A stretch of 64,000 nt of DNA from Auanema rhodensis (lineage: Eukaryota > Animalia > Nematoda). This document shows, one piece after another, positions 51,101 through 64,000 of the stretch (the first letter of the stretch is position 1; every line of letters begins with the position of its first letter). The translations under genes and the position numbers were made by a program. Location of the stretch: NCBI GenBank assembly GCA_964057225.1, contig OZ059899.1, positions 11,470,001 to 11,534,000 of the forward strand, written 5' to 3'. Below the pieces are notes generated by a model, which saw nothing but the letters and a program-made list of their open reading frames with translations, was not told where the DNA came from and searched no databases.

Positions 51101-54100
51101 AGAAAGGGAGAGAGAGAGAAAAAAAACAGATGAGAATGAATACATAGAGGGAAAAAGATACTAGTAATGGTCGAAAGTCATTTTCCAGTAGCAGAACATG
51201 CTACCAGACCTCTTCGTCCATCCTCTTCTAGCCCATCCCCCCTCGTCGCCTTCGTCTGCAGATTGAGCGGCATCATGTCCGGCAGTTAGTTTCCAGCTTT
51301 GCGGCCCAGTAAAAAAAATTTTACATATGGAAAGCAATGACGAAAAACGTCCGTCTTGTAGCAGTGAAAGACAAGAGCCATAAAGACTAAACTCTCTCAC
51401 AATGTCTATATCTCTAATACTCTATAGCTTCATCTGATATCTTGTTGCCAGAGGCAATTCGTATTTTGCGACAAAAAGTTAAGACATGAGATAAGTGTCC
51501 GTTAGTCATGCATTTTCATGATTAAGCTAACTCAAAATAATGAAAATCAAAAAAAATTGATGAGAAAGGAGCTGGAAAAATCAAAATTCCCAATGAAACT
51601 AACCAAACAGGTTTGTAAAGGGACCTACCAATTTAGAAAAAAAAACACGGGCCGACTTAGCTGTTTTGTTTGTTAAGTTGATGTGAATTTGTTACAATAT
51701 TTCTAAGAGTTCTCTCTGATATAGAACAAATGTGTTTTAGCTATATATAATATTTCGAAATAATTTGAATATACGTGAATAGCACGTGAAATTTAGCATA
51801 TTAATTTATAATTATTTAAGACTTTATTCAAATTTGTCTGTTTACTTATATAGCAAATAGATGTTTACGGCTTTAAGCTTTACACGTGAAATGATCTCAG
51901 AGCTTCTGCTGCTCTTCGTACGTTCGGTCAAAGAATTGGTTTGGACTGACCAATATGAAAAAAAGAGAAACAATTGAGGGGGGTGGTTATAAACATTGTA
52001 AAATTCAGCTTTCCCAGCATCTCTCTTCCATGCTTGTCATGCCAATATGCGTCTTCTTTTAAAATTCTCTCTTTCTGTGATTTAATTTTTCTTTATCTCA
52101 GAAAAATTATTTTCATTTTTCGTTTCTATTTTCATATCTCAACAACTTTATAACTTCTCATCTTTTACTTCTCTCCTCAGCTGAACAGGAAAATTAGAAA
52201 GCGTTTCTAAGTTCCAAGCTACCAGCATCATCGCCACCACCCCACTGCCATCCTCTCTCATTTCACTTTGAGGATAGCGTACACTATGAAAAATGAATGC
52301 GGACCAACCACGAATAACACAAAGCATGCCCTGAGGCTGTATTGTCATTTAGGTTGTGATGTCGTATTCACATCCAACATATTCATCTTTTGAAGACAAA
52401 AAAAGAAATACAAATATTTTTCTATTTCGTTTAATGAGTGTAGAGCATACAACTATAGTATTAAAGAACCGTTTAGATTAAGCTTCAAGTAAATATTTCA
52501 AAAGCCAATTGAATTAATTTCAATAAATTCATAAAATTCTATTATTCATGCTAAATATACAAATTATAAACAAAATAATGAACACATATATATGTATATA
52601 GAAGAGAATGAATACATGTAACTTCATTTCATTTACAAATTTGAACCACAAGGAAGACATTCACAAGAAAATAACTCCAAATTATTGAAATCAATGAACT
52701 AATGAATTAGTGAATATATAGCTGAATAAACCTTCAGAATAAACGTATTCTGTAGCTTTTGAAGTAAGGATTTAAGCCATTTTTCAGATGTAATTGAAAG
52801 ATCATATTGCTTTAATTCGCATGCTGGACATGCTGACTACTCTGACATCATAAGTCCAGTTCACTCTTCAGAGTAGCCAAGGAAATTCAACCTCCGAACG
52901 TTCACATCCAAATAGAGATGAGAAAAAAAAAAGAAAAAGGAATATATATTTGAAGAGAAATTTGAAAAGAACTATACAATAGAAAAACAGAATAGAGTAT
53001 GTTTCATTAGAAATATATAGTAATCGGAAAACTTGAATTTTGAAAAATATAAAATGAGATAATTCGGGATAGTGTGATACAGAACTAAAAATCAAGAGAA
53101 GAATATGATATGTTTTTTCATAAAAAATAGTATATTTCTTTATAATAATTCAAAAAGTAGAAACAAAATATATAAAAGAAATTATTATGAGTTGAGTTAT
53201 GTACATACTAACAATAATTTCTTATAACTAGTAGAGGAAATCACGGATATTTTTGTATAAATTGGCTGTTATGGATGAGTGAAATTGTATGAAATAGTGG
53301 CAGTAGCCTACATATATCTAAGTTTGTAAACTAGACACAAGATATCCGTTACTTGAAATAAACAAATAAAAACAAAAATATTATAACTTAACAATAGCAT
53401 TTGTTAAAATCTGGTTGGTTTCTCTTTTTCCATCTCTCAAAACCTTAAGTTCCTGATACATTTTTCTTTCACATACACACATAAATATATTATATATACA
53501 TCTTCTTCTTTCTTTTCCTCTGGTCATTACATCATCTTCTTCTTTTTCACTCACACTAGCCATCTCACTTTATTCTATTTTCTGCAGCTGATCCTGATAT
53601 TTCCTTTCGTTATTCACTCGCCCTTTTTACTCTTATTCACACATATATTCAATATATTTTATAATTTTTCTTAAATATATGTCCGTGACTAAATTAAAAA
53701 CCATAAAATTACATTATTATAACCTGACTACTGCTGAAAGAAGTGTTTGAGATATCATTTGCATTTTTTACTTTTACAACCAAATATTTAAAAATTAATT
53801 ATTTTATTTACTTTTTCTTAAATTGCTATTGTGACAGAAAATGTGTATTTTCGGATTTTTTCAACACTATCAGGTCAAGTAACCTATAAATGATGAGACA
53901 GCAATGAACACATTTAGTGGAATTTGTTTTCAGCAGAAAATTCAATTTTTTCTTTTTTGGTGAGCTTAGCGAAATTACTGCTCTCAATCGGCAGAACAGT
54001 AAAAAAACTCAAATCTGGACGATGCCATTGATTTGATGGCATAAGAAAATTTAAATGAAATTTAAAGAATACAAGAGAGAGAAGAAGAACAAAAAACAAA

Positions 54101-54654
54101 AAAGGTTAAATAGACTGCTTGTTTTAAAGTTCAACTGGACTCGAAGATCATGATGGACATAGAAACTTTTCAATTTCTAATATAGCTCTTGTGGCGTCAT
54201 TTGCAGAGATGCAGTAGCCGGAATCAAAGTTTGTTCAATCTAACAACATGAGTGATGATAGAGAGTAGCAAGACACGGACTCGAAACGATTACTAGAATC
54301 ATCAGCATTTGTTACAGAAACACATCGTATGTGAATATACAGATACATACATGTATAGAGAAAGACAAGTATATGAATTGAAAGTAAAACTTCGGATTGA
54401 AGAGAAAAAAAAAGAAAAAAGATCAAAAAGACTAAAATTAGCTGAAGAAGTATGGTGAAGTGGACATGTCCCAATTAGCAATTCTTCGCATGCGAACAGC
54501 AAAAACGACGTTGACTACATCAACGGAAACGAGCAGATCCAAGAAGAGATGGACTGATATACAGAGCAGCAAAAGATGAGAAAAGTTCTAAGAGAACACG
54601 ACAATATATAAAAGATAATTGCTTATTAGGAGATATTAGTATAAGATAAATAAG

Positions 54655-54901
<247 letters not shown>

Positions 54902-55560
54902 GGGGGAGGGGAGGGGCTAATATAGCCGAGAAGGAAAAAAAACAGAGAAATTAAAAAAAGCAAAATCAATGCTTATAACCATCATTCTTAGTATCAATGT
55001 AAGTTCTTTCTAGGCTTATTCAACGATGGCCGAATTGAAAAAATTGTGAAAACAGTGAAGCGAAAGATCGAAATTCTTCCTTCAGATGTGCGTCTTCGTG
55101 CAAGCCAATAGGATTTTGAATCTTGTTCACTTCACATTGTGTCGTTTTGAAAATGAAAAATTATGAAAAATTGAAGAAAATAATCGTCGGTCTCCCAGAG
55201 ACGACGTGATTGTATGATTGTAAACAAAGTTTATTTGGTAAATAATAAAAGAAAAGACTAGTGAAGTCAATAATCTTTGCATCAATTGGCTATTTCATCC
55301 ATTTGGCAGCCGGTGTTTTCACCAAAAACATCATATGTTTGATTAAGTTGCTTATGATCCAATTCAATATATTACATTTTAATAACAAATATTTGTATTT
55401 ATTGTTGTTTTTCTATTTTATGAAAGTTTTTAAAAGTCATAGTTGTGCCATTGTACTGCTAGAATATTGAATAAGCTTAAAAAATAAAAATTTCATTATG
55501 AAACAGAGAATCCCCGAAAACAATTGAAGCTAATTCATCATATGTAGAGTTTTGACACTC

Positions 55561-57483
55561 TTATTTGGCACGAAATGTTGGACATTTATCTGAGGTTGAA
55601 GGATACATCTTTGCCATTTTTTGATCAAAGGCTTTTAGCGCTGTTTGAAATCTAAAAGTAAAACAAAGCACTTTAATAAAACTTATTAAAATTGTGAAAC
55701 CTTTCAGCGTTTATTTGTTGTATTTTTCTGGATATGAGACCAGCGGCTTTAGTCTTAATACCTCGATGAAACATAAAATGTTCTGACAGAATGTCCAGCT
55801 TATAGCCGGCTCGGCATAATTCCCATCTCTGAAAAGGATGACAACCATATTAACTTCATTTTTATTATTATATACTACAGTACTAAATGAACTAGATATA
55901 TATTATTTTATTTATTTACTTATCATTTATTTTCTCTTTTAGATATTTTCATATTAAAAAAAAATTAAAAGAAAACATACTAATTCAGTGTTATCACGGA
56001 TCAAGAAAGGAAACAACTCGTCATGTAATGGAATGTTGCTTAATGATATGAACTGTGGTTCCCATGCTGATGATGTATATCTGAGAGAAATATTAAGAAT
56101 GTTATTTCTTCGCAAAAAAAATTAAAACAAACGGGTAGTCGGAGACGGAAACTCCACTAGAATTCTGTTTATTTTGAAACCACATATCTAATCCTTCGAT
56201 ATTATGAGCGCCTACAGTAAAATAGAGCATAATATACAAAAATTTCCCAAACCTAACTAACCTCGATAGTAACGGTCGTGAAAAACTACAGCTTTACCAT
56301 CTTTAAATAGAGAGAATAGTTGAGCTTTATCCTGTGGCAAGCTGAAATATATTATTTAATTATAAAATACAATGTATAAAATGCGAATTACTTCTCTATA
56401 TTACTGTTAATTTCAAAAATTCTATATACTAATAAGCGTTTGGGATCATCTGCCATAACACGCTCAGCTATTCGTCGAACATCCGCTTCAAAATTTATCG
56501 TGAATAAATGCTCCAAATCAGCAATTAATATATATTTAGACGGAACATACTAAAATATAAATAAATACTTATTATATGATTAAATTGTTATTGTTATACT
56601 AACCATTCGAGCAATATTTCGAATAATATTAGCTGGATAATCAGCGATCTTTTGAATGCTGATAGATTTTGTAACTTCACGACATGCTGGCTCGGATACA
56701 AGCACACAATCGGCTGTCCAATTTTGTGGATAAACCAGATGGACGCTGAGATACTGACGAACAGATGGATTATCGTTGATTAGATCATGAAGCTAAAGAA
56801 GGAGAAAAGTGATGTAAATAACAATTATCTTGATTATGATAAGAATATTCTTGAAAGGAAAAAGGAAGAACAAATTGATTATTTGAGGAAAAACATAAAT
56901 AGAAATGATATACCTTATTTAAAGTACAACTATAATCGCTTATATCATTCAACAATATAGCTAATGATATTGGAGCATTCCAATTTAAAACCTTAAAATA
57001 GTATAATAATAATTATATTATATTATATATTTAACCTGATCTATTATACGATTATCTAATAAATTTGAGCTCATATGTAATATTTGTGAAATCCGGTCAT
57101 ACTCTCGATAAATAGGTGATATAACATTATAATATATACAATAATCATGATAAACATCATAGGTTGGGGAGCGAAAAGGCAATGAATTGCCTCTGAAAAT
57201 ATAAAACTGTTAATTATGTGTCAAATTATGAGAAAAAATAATATATAAATAAAAATAAAATAATATAATAATAAAGTTAGGACTCACGTTATACTGTCAT
57301 CTTCATTAGTTGCTCGTAAAAACCTGAAAAAACATTACTTATTCTATTCCAAATGAAGGAAAGACAATGAAACCTATTTGATAGCTCGACCAGATCTGTA
57401 TTTTGGTATTGTAATAAAAGAATTGCTAGAGATCCGTAGAAAAGAACTAGAAGTATTCGAAATGCCTGAGAGCATGTGAACAT
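55561..57483 (-). CDS. GT49-family glycosyltransferase (B4GAT1/i-GnT-like, nematode bgnt-1 family)
   Basis: N-terminal TM anchor, YPANIIRNIAR, YILIADLEHLF, LVYRIFEI, WEPQFIS..IPLHDELFPF.IRDNTELRWELCRAGY..DIL...FMFHRGIK, YP.T..KCP C-terminus. Confidence 0.88.
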
Positions 57484-60438
57484 AGTTCTTGAATGTGTTG
57501 AACTAGAAAAAAACTTTAATTCATATCAATGAATTCAAAAAGGTATTTAGAAAATACCTTAAAATTGAGTATAAACTAATATTTTTTTGCTGATCAATTT
57601 TTTCTTATTGTGTAGTCGTGATATATCACTAGTTGTGCTACTAGCCTGAAAAATAAATGTGTACTAACTGAGAAACCGACGAGATTCATATTTCAAATTA
57701 ATTTAATTTTTTTAAAATACACCGGAAAAAAGATATTAAATAAAACATACGGAAAAGTTTTGACAGCGCTGTTGAAGTATATAACATCGTTTGTAAATAA
57801 CTCTTAAATATATTAAAATATAATGCATAAGACTGCTTAAGATATAGAAATAAAGAAAGTATTTGGTGATTATACGATTCAAAAACAAATGTATAGATAG
57901 AAAAATATGTTTATAGATTATAAAGATTTATAAGAAGAAATATATTCAATCAATTATTTGTGAAAGAGGTCTGTCTATAGAGATTTTAATGTAGGTTTGT
58001 ATATAAGCATTGTGTATATATTACAAAACAACAGACATACAATATGTATTTTGAAAGAAAATAGAAAATCATAAAGAAATAATTATTGCATAGTTATCAA
58101 AAATGTAAAAAACAAATCAAAGTGGAATGGTTATGAAACACTATGTAATGCATGAATTTTCTTAAATGCATTTCTACAACATAAATTAAAGACGATAAGA
58201 GATAATAAGCTGAGAGAGGACACATCAAAAGTGAGTTTTTCTATTTAAATCTTAGAAAAACTAAATCGATTCACAGAAATTTTGGTTGCCAGGAGAAAAA
58301 ATATTAGGCGATTCACAAGCATAAGAGTTTCCGTCGACTACAACCGTTAAGAACGCGCGCAATCTCACAAATAAAAATGATACTAATCTTCATTAGAATA
58401 ATGCTTTCACTGTAGTTCGAGCGATGAATCTGATCATTACCAGACCACCCCACCGCCCCCCCCCCCTTCAGGCCAGATATCATACCCCAAGCAATACATC
58501 TCGCAAGTGCAAGGACGATCGAGTGAAATCGAAGATTATTTAGCGAGAATATGTCAGATAGGAGGCAGGTTGCATTATAAAACACATTTCCATTATATAT
58601 ATACCTATATATGACTATATGTAAAATGGATTAACAGTCCAACATAATATATATGAAGTAGTTCGTAAAATAGTATATGGTTTCTATGTTGTTATTCTAA
58701 ACATTGAAAGTTTGTTGATAGTAATTTTTATTTTATTTTTCAAAAAAAAAGGAGGAAACGTTTAAAAATTCCATTTTATAACGTATTCCTTTTAAACACA
58801 AGCGAAATATGTACTATCGGAAATGAAATTGAATAGAAGCGAATACGGGATAATCAAAGCTGCATACTTCAAAACAAACAGTAATATTATGCTAATTAGA
58901 TTTATTCAGATGACTTTTTTGAATTTTGCATATAGTTCGCATTAATTATTGTTTGATTTGATACAAATCACACAATAAGATGTTAATGAAGATGATAAAA
59001 CTAAAAATTAGTAAGGAAATGATTATTTTTCATACTTGACTATCATGACAACACAGTATTTAATGTTTTTAAATATAGAAAACATAAATATGAATCATAA
59101 GTTCCGAAAGTAGAAGTGAAATCATATAATATAAAGGAACGAAGAAAAGAAGAATCGTCAAAAATCGAGTACATTTCAGGAAAAGTGATAGATGCAGGAA
59201 TCAAAAGAGGGTCATGCGAAAACAAACTTCAGTGATGATGAGGCTTTGTGGGGCAAACAATCAAACGAATAGGCATATAGTTGTGACCTATGAACTACCA
59301 TACAAAAGTATATTGTTCGAAAATTATTTTTAAAAAACAAATAAACTGTATGAGCATATCATATATTCAATATAGAATTGAAAAAACGGTTCTGAATCTT
59401 GAGAACTTCAAGCTTGTAGGACAGGCAATCAGGTCAGAAATTATTCACATGGATTATCGAATAGGGAAACTGAAAAAGATGACGTTATTATCATGTATAA
59501 CAAGATAGTTTTCACTGATTTCTGCTTATGAAACCGGACTTACTTAAATCTTCAAGAAAATGAAAATATTAGTCTTCAAAATCGTTTTAGGCACGTTACT
59601 GTGGTCCGCAGAGAGAATTAGAGATTTGATTGGTACAAAAGAATTCGTCTAGGATTTTTTCAATAAACCAACTGCCAGATGTTCAAATACATACAGAACC
59701 TATGATTCAAAAACAGGTGACCACGAACAGTACAACTCATTGATAGAGTGCAAAACTTTAGTTTATTGTTTTTTTCACAAAAAGAAACAAGTCAAGATAT
59801 TTATTATTTCTAGTCAACTGCATTCAAATCAAAGTTATAAGCGTTATAGCACATATTATGTACCGAGAACAACCAGTTTCGTTGAGAAGACAGTTTTCAA
59901 TATCCAAAAGTTCGCTTTTTAACACGCCGAACATTTGAAACGCACGCGACATCTGAAGAACTATAAATATTTTTAAGCATTAGGTCTAGAATAATTTTAC
60001 AATTGTTAACCTCAGATCCACCTTTATACAATAATAAATTTGCAACGTCAACTTGATTTGATTGCCGTTTTTTATGTTGGATCAGTCCGAAGTCTTGCGA
60101 CTTTTTAGAGACAAAAGCAGAAACATGCTACTGATTGTGGACAGTACCCTATACATAAACATATAGTTCTAATGCCTATAGATTTAAGCGATTAGGTAAT
60201 AATAATCTTCTTTCTCCTTAAGATACACAAAAAAAAACATTGAAACCGGCAATTTTTAATGCAATCAGTGTATAAAATTAAATTGTACAGATGATATGTA
60301 ACGATAGTAGGACATAGGCAACATAATACAATGAATACTCGTTAAATTGGTAGATCAAAACTGCACATGGGGTAACAAACCATTGCATCCACGATTGGGA
60401 AGTATATTTCAAAGCATTATATAGATGGAAAAAAGGAT

Positions 60439-63400
60439 TTATCCAGAGCACATAAGACATCCTTCATCTTCTTCGATAGTAGCATTGGCTAATCTTGCAG
60501 TCTCAGCTTCCTAAAAAAAGGAATAAAACCAATATTTCAAAACAATACTAACCACTCCTTCCTTAGCCTTCAAGGCCTTCTTGTCAACAGTGAATTGTAC
60601 AGCATTTACTGCAGGTCTGGTTCTAAGATAGTACATTCCAGTTTTCAATCCCTTCTTCCATCCATAGAAATGCATTGAAGTGATATTGGCATAACTTGGA
60701 CGAGCGATATGAATGTTCAATGACTGAGATTGATCTATATAAGCACCACGATCAGCAGCCATTTCGATAATTTCCTTTTGAGAAAGTTCCCAAACTGTTT
60801 GATAAAGAGCCTTAATTTCGCTAGGAATATCAGGGATGTTAGCAATAGATCCATTATGAGCAATCATCATGTTCTTTGTCTCCTCATTCCACAAACCTAG
60901 TTCGACAAGGTCCTTCAGTAAATGTGGGTTAACGATCTGGAAATCACCTGGAAAAATAAAACGGTTATCATGAGCGCAGTAAATAACAAACCAGAAAGTA
61001 CACGCCTACTGTAGATGTTCGATGTGTATGGCTCAATAGATTCATTGTTACCGAGAATTTGTGCAGTGGAAGCAGTTGGCATAGGAGCAAGTAAAAGACT
61101 GTTGCGAATACCATGCTTCTTGATCTTCTCTTTGAGGGTTGCCCAGTCACACTGGTCAGTTGGGGTTACACCCCACATATCATATTGCAAAATTCCCTTA
61201 GAAACGGGAGAGCCTTCATAAGTCTCATAAACACCTGTGAAACAAAAAGATTATAATATTAAAGATGCCAAACTCTTACCGAGTTGCTCGGCAAGTTCAC
61301 AAGAAGCTTCTAAAGATGCATAGTAAATAGTTTCGAAAATACGTTTGTTAAGATCGCGAGCTTGAGGAGATGTAAATGGATAGCGCATAAGCATAAAACA
61401 ATCAGCAAGACCCTGAACGTGTGTTATGGATCACTAAAATTAAATTTATTATAGCAATACCTGAACTCCGAGACCAATAGGACGATGTCTCATGTTCGAG
61501 CGACGAGCTTCTTCGACAGGGTAGTAGTTAACATCAATGATCTTGTTCAGATTCTTAGTCATCACCTATAAAATACCTTTTATGTGAAAACGATTGAGAT
61601 CAACAACCTTAGAAACCACATGGAGTTTCTCGAAGTCAAAGGTTTTTTCGGGGGTGACAAAACGAGGCAGAGCAATTGAAGCCAAATTACAAACAGCAAC
61701 TTCATCGGGACTACTGTACTCAACAATTTCAGTACATAGGTTGGAGCACTTGATAGTTCCAAGATTTTGTTGATTAGACTTCCGATTACAAGCATCTTTA
61801 TATACAATATAGGGGAGACCAGTTTCGATTTGACTGGAGACGATGTGCTCCCAAAGCTTTCTAGCTTTTACCTGCTTACGATAACGCTTATCCTCTTCAT
61901 ACCTAGCATTATAATTAAGTACAGGAATATTCACTAAAATCTTACTTTGTATAAAGTTTCTCAAACTCTTCTCCCCAGCAGTCGTCAAGACCGGGGCATT
62001 CATTGGGACACATCAAAGACCATTCCTGATCTCTTTCAACCCTTTTCATGAAAAGATCAGGGATCCATAGGGCATAAAACAAATCTCTAGCACGTTCCTC
62101 TTCTGGTCCAGTGTTTCTGCGAAGGGCAACAAAACTAAAATGTTACAGTTAACAAAAAACTCAAATTTTTATAATTTACTCGAAGATGTCCGCGTGCCAT
62201 GGCTCGAGATAGATGGCGAATGCACCTGGTCTCTTATTACCTCCTTGATCAACATAACGAGCAGTATTATTGAAAACACGAAGCATTGGAACCAATCCAT
62301 TCGAAGTACCATTAGTCTTCAAAATTGAATTAAAATTTAAGAGAATATTAAAAGTCTTCCCTTACCCCATTAATCAAGGAACCAGTTGCACGAATCTTAT
62401 GAACATTCAATCCTATTCCTCCAGCGCTTTTAGAAATCAAAGCACACTGTTTGAGCGTGTCATATATACCTTGAATTGAATCTTCACACATAGTGAGCAA
62501 GAAACAAGAGGACATCTGTGGTCTAAATTGTAGGCAATATTTTTTAGTAACTTAACAACATTCCTTATTACCTGACGGTACCAGAGTTGAAAAGAGTTGG
62601 CGAAGCATGAGTGAAGAATCTTTCGCTCATGAGATTGTAGGTTTCAACAGCACTATCAATATCTACTCCATGAATTCCGACAGCTACTCTCATAAGCATA
62701 TGCTGTGGACGTTCAACCACCTGAGAAGTGAATAAATCACCGATAAAAGTATAAAAAAACTTACTTCTTTGTTAATTTTCAAAAGATAAGAGCGTTCGAG
62801 TGTTTTGAATCCAAAATAAGAATAAGAGAAGTCGCGATCATAGACAATAGCAGAGTTTAAACGCTGAAATAATTCAAGTCTATATAGCATCACTAAGCGT
62901 ATTATACATCAGCATTTTTCATAATAATATCGTAAGTTTCTTTGCTGATCATAGGAGCATGTTTATCAGTATGCTCGGTGCGGAAATTATACAGACGTTC
63001 CATGACTTCTGAGAAGACCTAAATTCAACTATAATCATAGTTGTTCTAAAATAACCAACTTTGTTAGTTTTTTTATGCAAATTGGACACAGCAATTCGAG
63101 CAGCAAGAATGGCATAATCAGGATGTTGTGTAGTCATCGAGGCAGCAGTTTCAGCAGCTAAGTTATCTAACTCTGTGGTTGAAACTCCTTTATAAAGACC
63201 ACCAATAACTTTCATAGTGACAAGAACCTAATCACAAAATAGTATATACAATTATATTATTATTTACTTACAGGGTCAACATAATCCATGTTTAAGTTGT
63301 AAGAAAGCTTAATCATACGAGCAGTGATTTTATCAAAGTGAACAATTTCTTTTCTTCCATCTAATATTATTTAAGTTATGAAAAAATAAACAAAAATAAT

Positions 63401-63440
63401 TACCTCTCTTCACTACGTAAGTGCTGTTCATGCGCTGCAT
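60439..63440 (-). CDS. rnr-1: Ribonucleoside-diphosphate reductase large subunit (class Ia R1)
   Basis: ATP-cone [98 protein letters not shown]-terminal GCLMCSG*. Confidence 0.98.
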
Positions 63441-63708
63441 GGTTAGTTTCTATAAATATGAAAAAGTTATTCAAATTGCAAAGTCAAAAAAAACGAGAAA
63501 GAATAATAGCAAAAAATCATTCAAACAAATAATAATTAAAGAAACATGTCTCTTTAACTTTAGAGCTTGTGACCAGCTAAATCAACAACTGTTGCTAGGG
63601 TCTCCCAATTAGACACAAAGAGCAGTAGAAGAAAGCCTAGAGCCATCCTCTAGATTGCAATATTGAACACAATGAACAACTCAGCAAGCAGCAAAATTTT
63701 TGAAAAAC

Positions 63709-63729
63709 ATTTTCGCGCGCGCGCGAGAA
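63709..63729. promoter_or_regulatory. E2F/DP-type element in the rnr-1 promoter
   Basis: TTTTCGCGCGCGCGCGAGAA about 270 bp upstream of the ATG. TTTCGCGC on + and TTCTCGCGC on -. RNR genes are classic E2F targets. Confidence 0.65.
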
Positions 63730-64000
63730 TCAGTGCATGATTTGTGAACAGGGCCATGTGGCCAACTTTGACCTCCATTTAATGGTAATGAATTAGTTGA
63801 TGAAGTAAGCAAATTATTATGCAAATCTAATGCTTACCTCTCGCAATTTTCTGAGGGCCTGAACATCTGTGTGCATGTTTATACGAATGGTTTCTGATCG
63901 TAAATAAATAGCAAAAGGAACTTTGTTTTCGAGCACGCCATAAAGTTACGTCTTTCAATGTCATTGTGCCAGGTGTTAATATTCTTGGAACATATAATAT

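Noticed and set aside
58900-59510. Possible + strand gene fragments between the GT49 gene and rnr-1
   Set aside because: I could not build a stop-free spliced model or recognise any motif.

Overview
AT-rich eukaryotic DNA from a nematode, probably a rhabditid. Evidence: introns of about 40-50 nt with TTTCAG/TTTTAG acceptors, a flp-24 neuropeptide gene, a nematode-type tRNA-Ile and a bgnt-1-type glycosyltransferase. The supplied ORF track misses or fragments most genes, so spliced models were built by hand. (1) Bases 1-8350 are a nest of mobile DNA built around a near-perfect inverted duplication (1..1631 vs 4871..6391, continuing past the window start). Each arm holds a Tc1/mariner 3' part, a 56-bp repeat array and the 5' part of a Merlin transposon. 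The spacer holds the rest of a TSD-flanked Merlin, an intact 3-exon orphan gene (N-terminal D-box-like motif plus a Cys/His cluster) and the integrase, PPT and 3' LTR of a Ty3/Gypsy-like element. That integrase is fused in frame to the truncated Merlin transposase at the breakpoint. A Gypsy-integrase/BEL-RNase H chimera and a damaged tRNA-Ile follow. (2) Bases 9.2-25.6 kb are compact host genes: a coiled-coil SYP-1-like candidate, an orphan with an FFAT-like motif, rsks-1/S6K, a STARD3-like gene and a NIDO/EGF membrane protein. (3) Bases 25.6-55.5 kb are gene-sparse and microsatellite-rich, with flp-24, a hAT-like MITE, a secreted mucin-repeat protein and a small coiled-coil gene. (4) Bases 55.5-64 kb hold a GT49 glycosyltransferase and rnr-1 with an E2F-type promoter element. 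The best candidate for an undescribed system is the palindrome-embedded D-box/Cys orphan gene and its possibly mobile Tc1-bounded cassette. This is a hypothesis from sequence alone.
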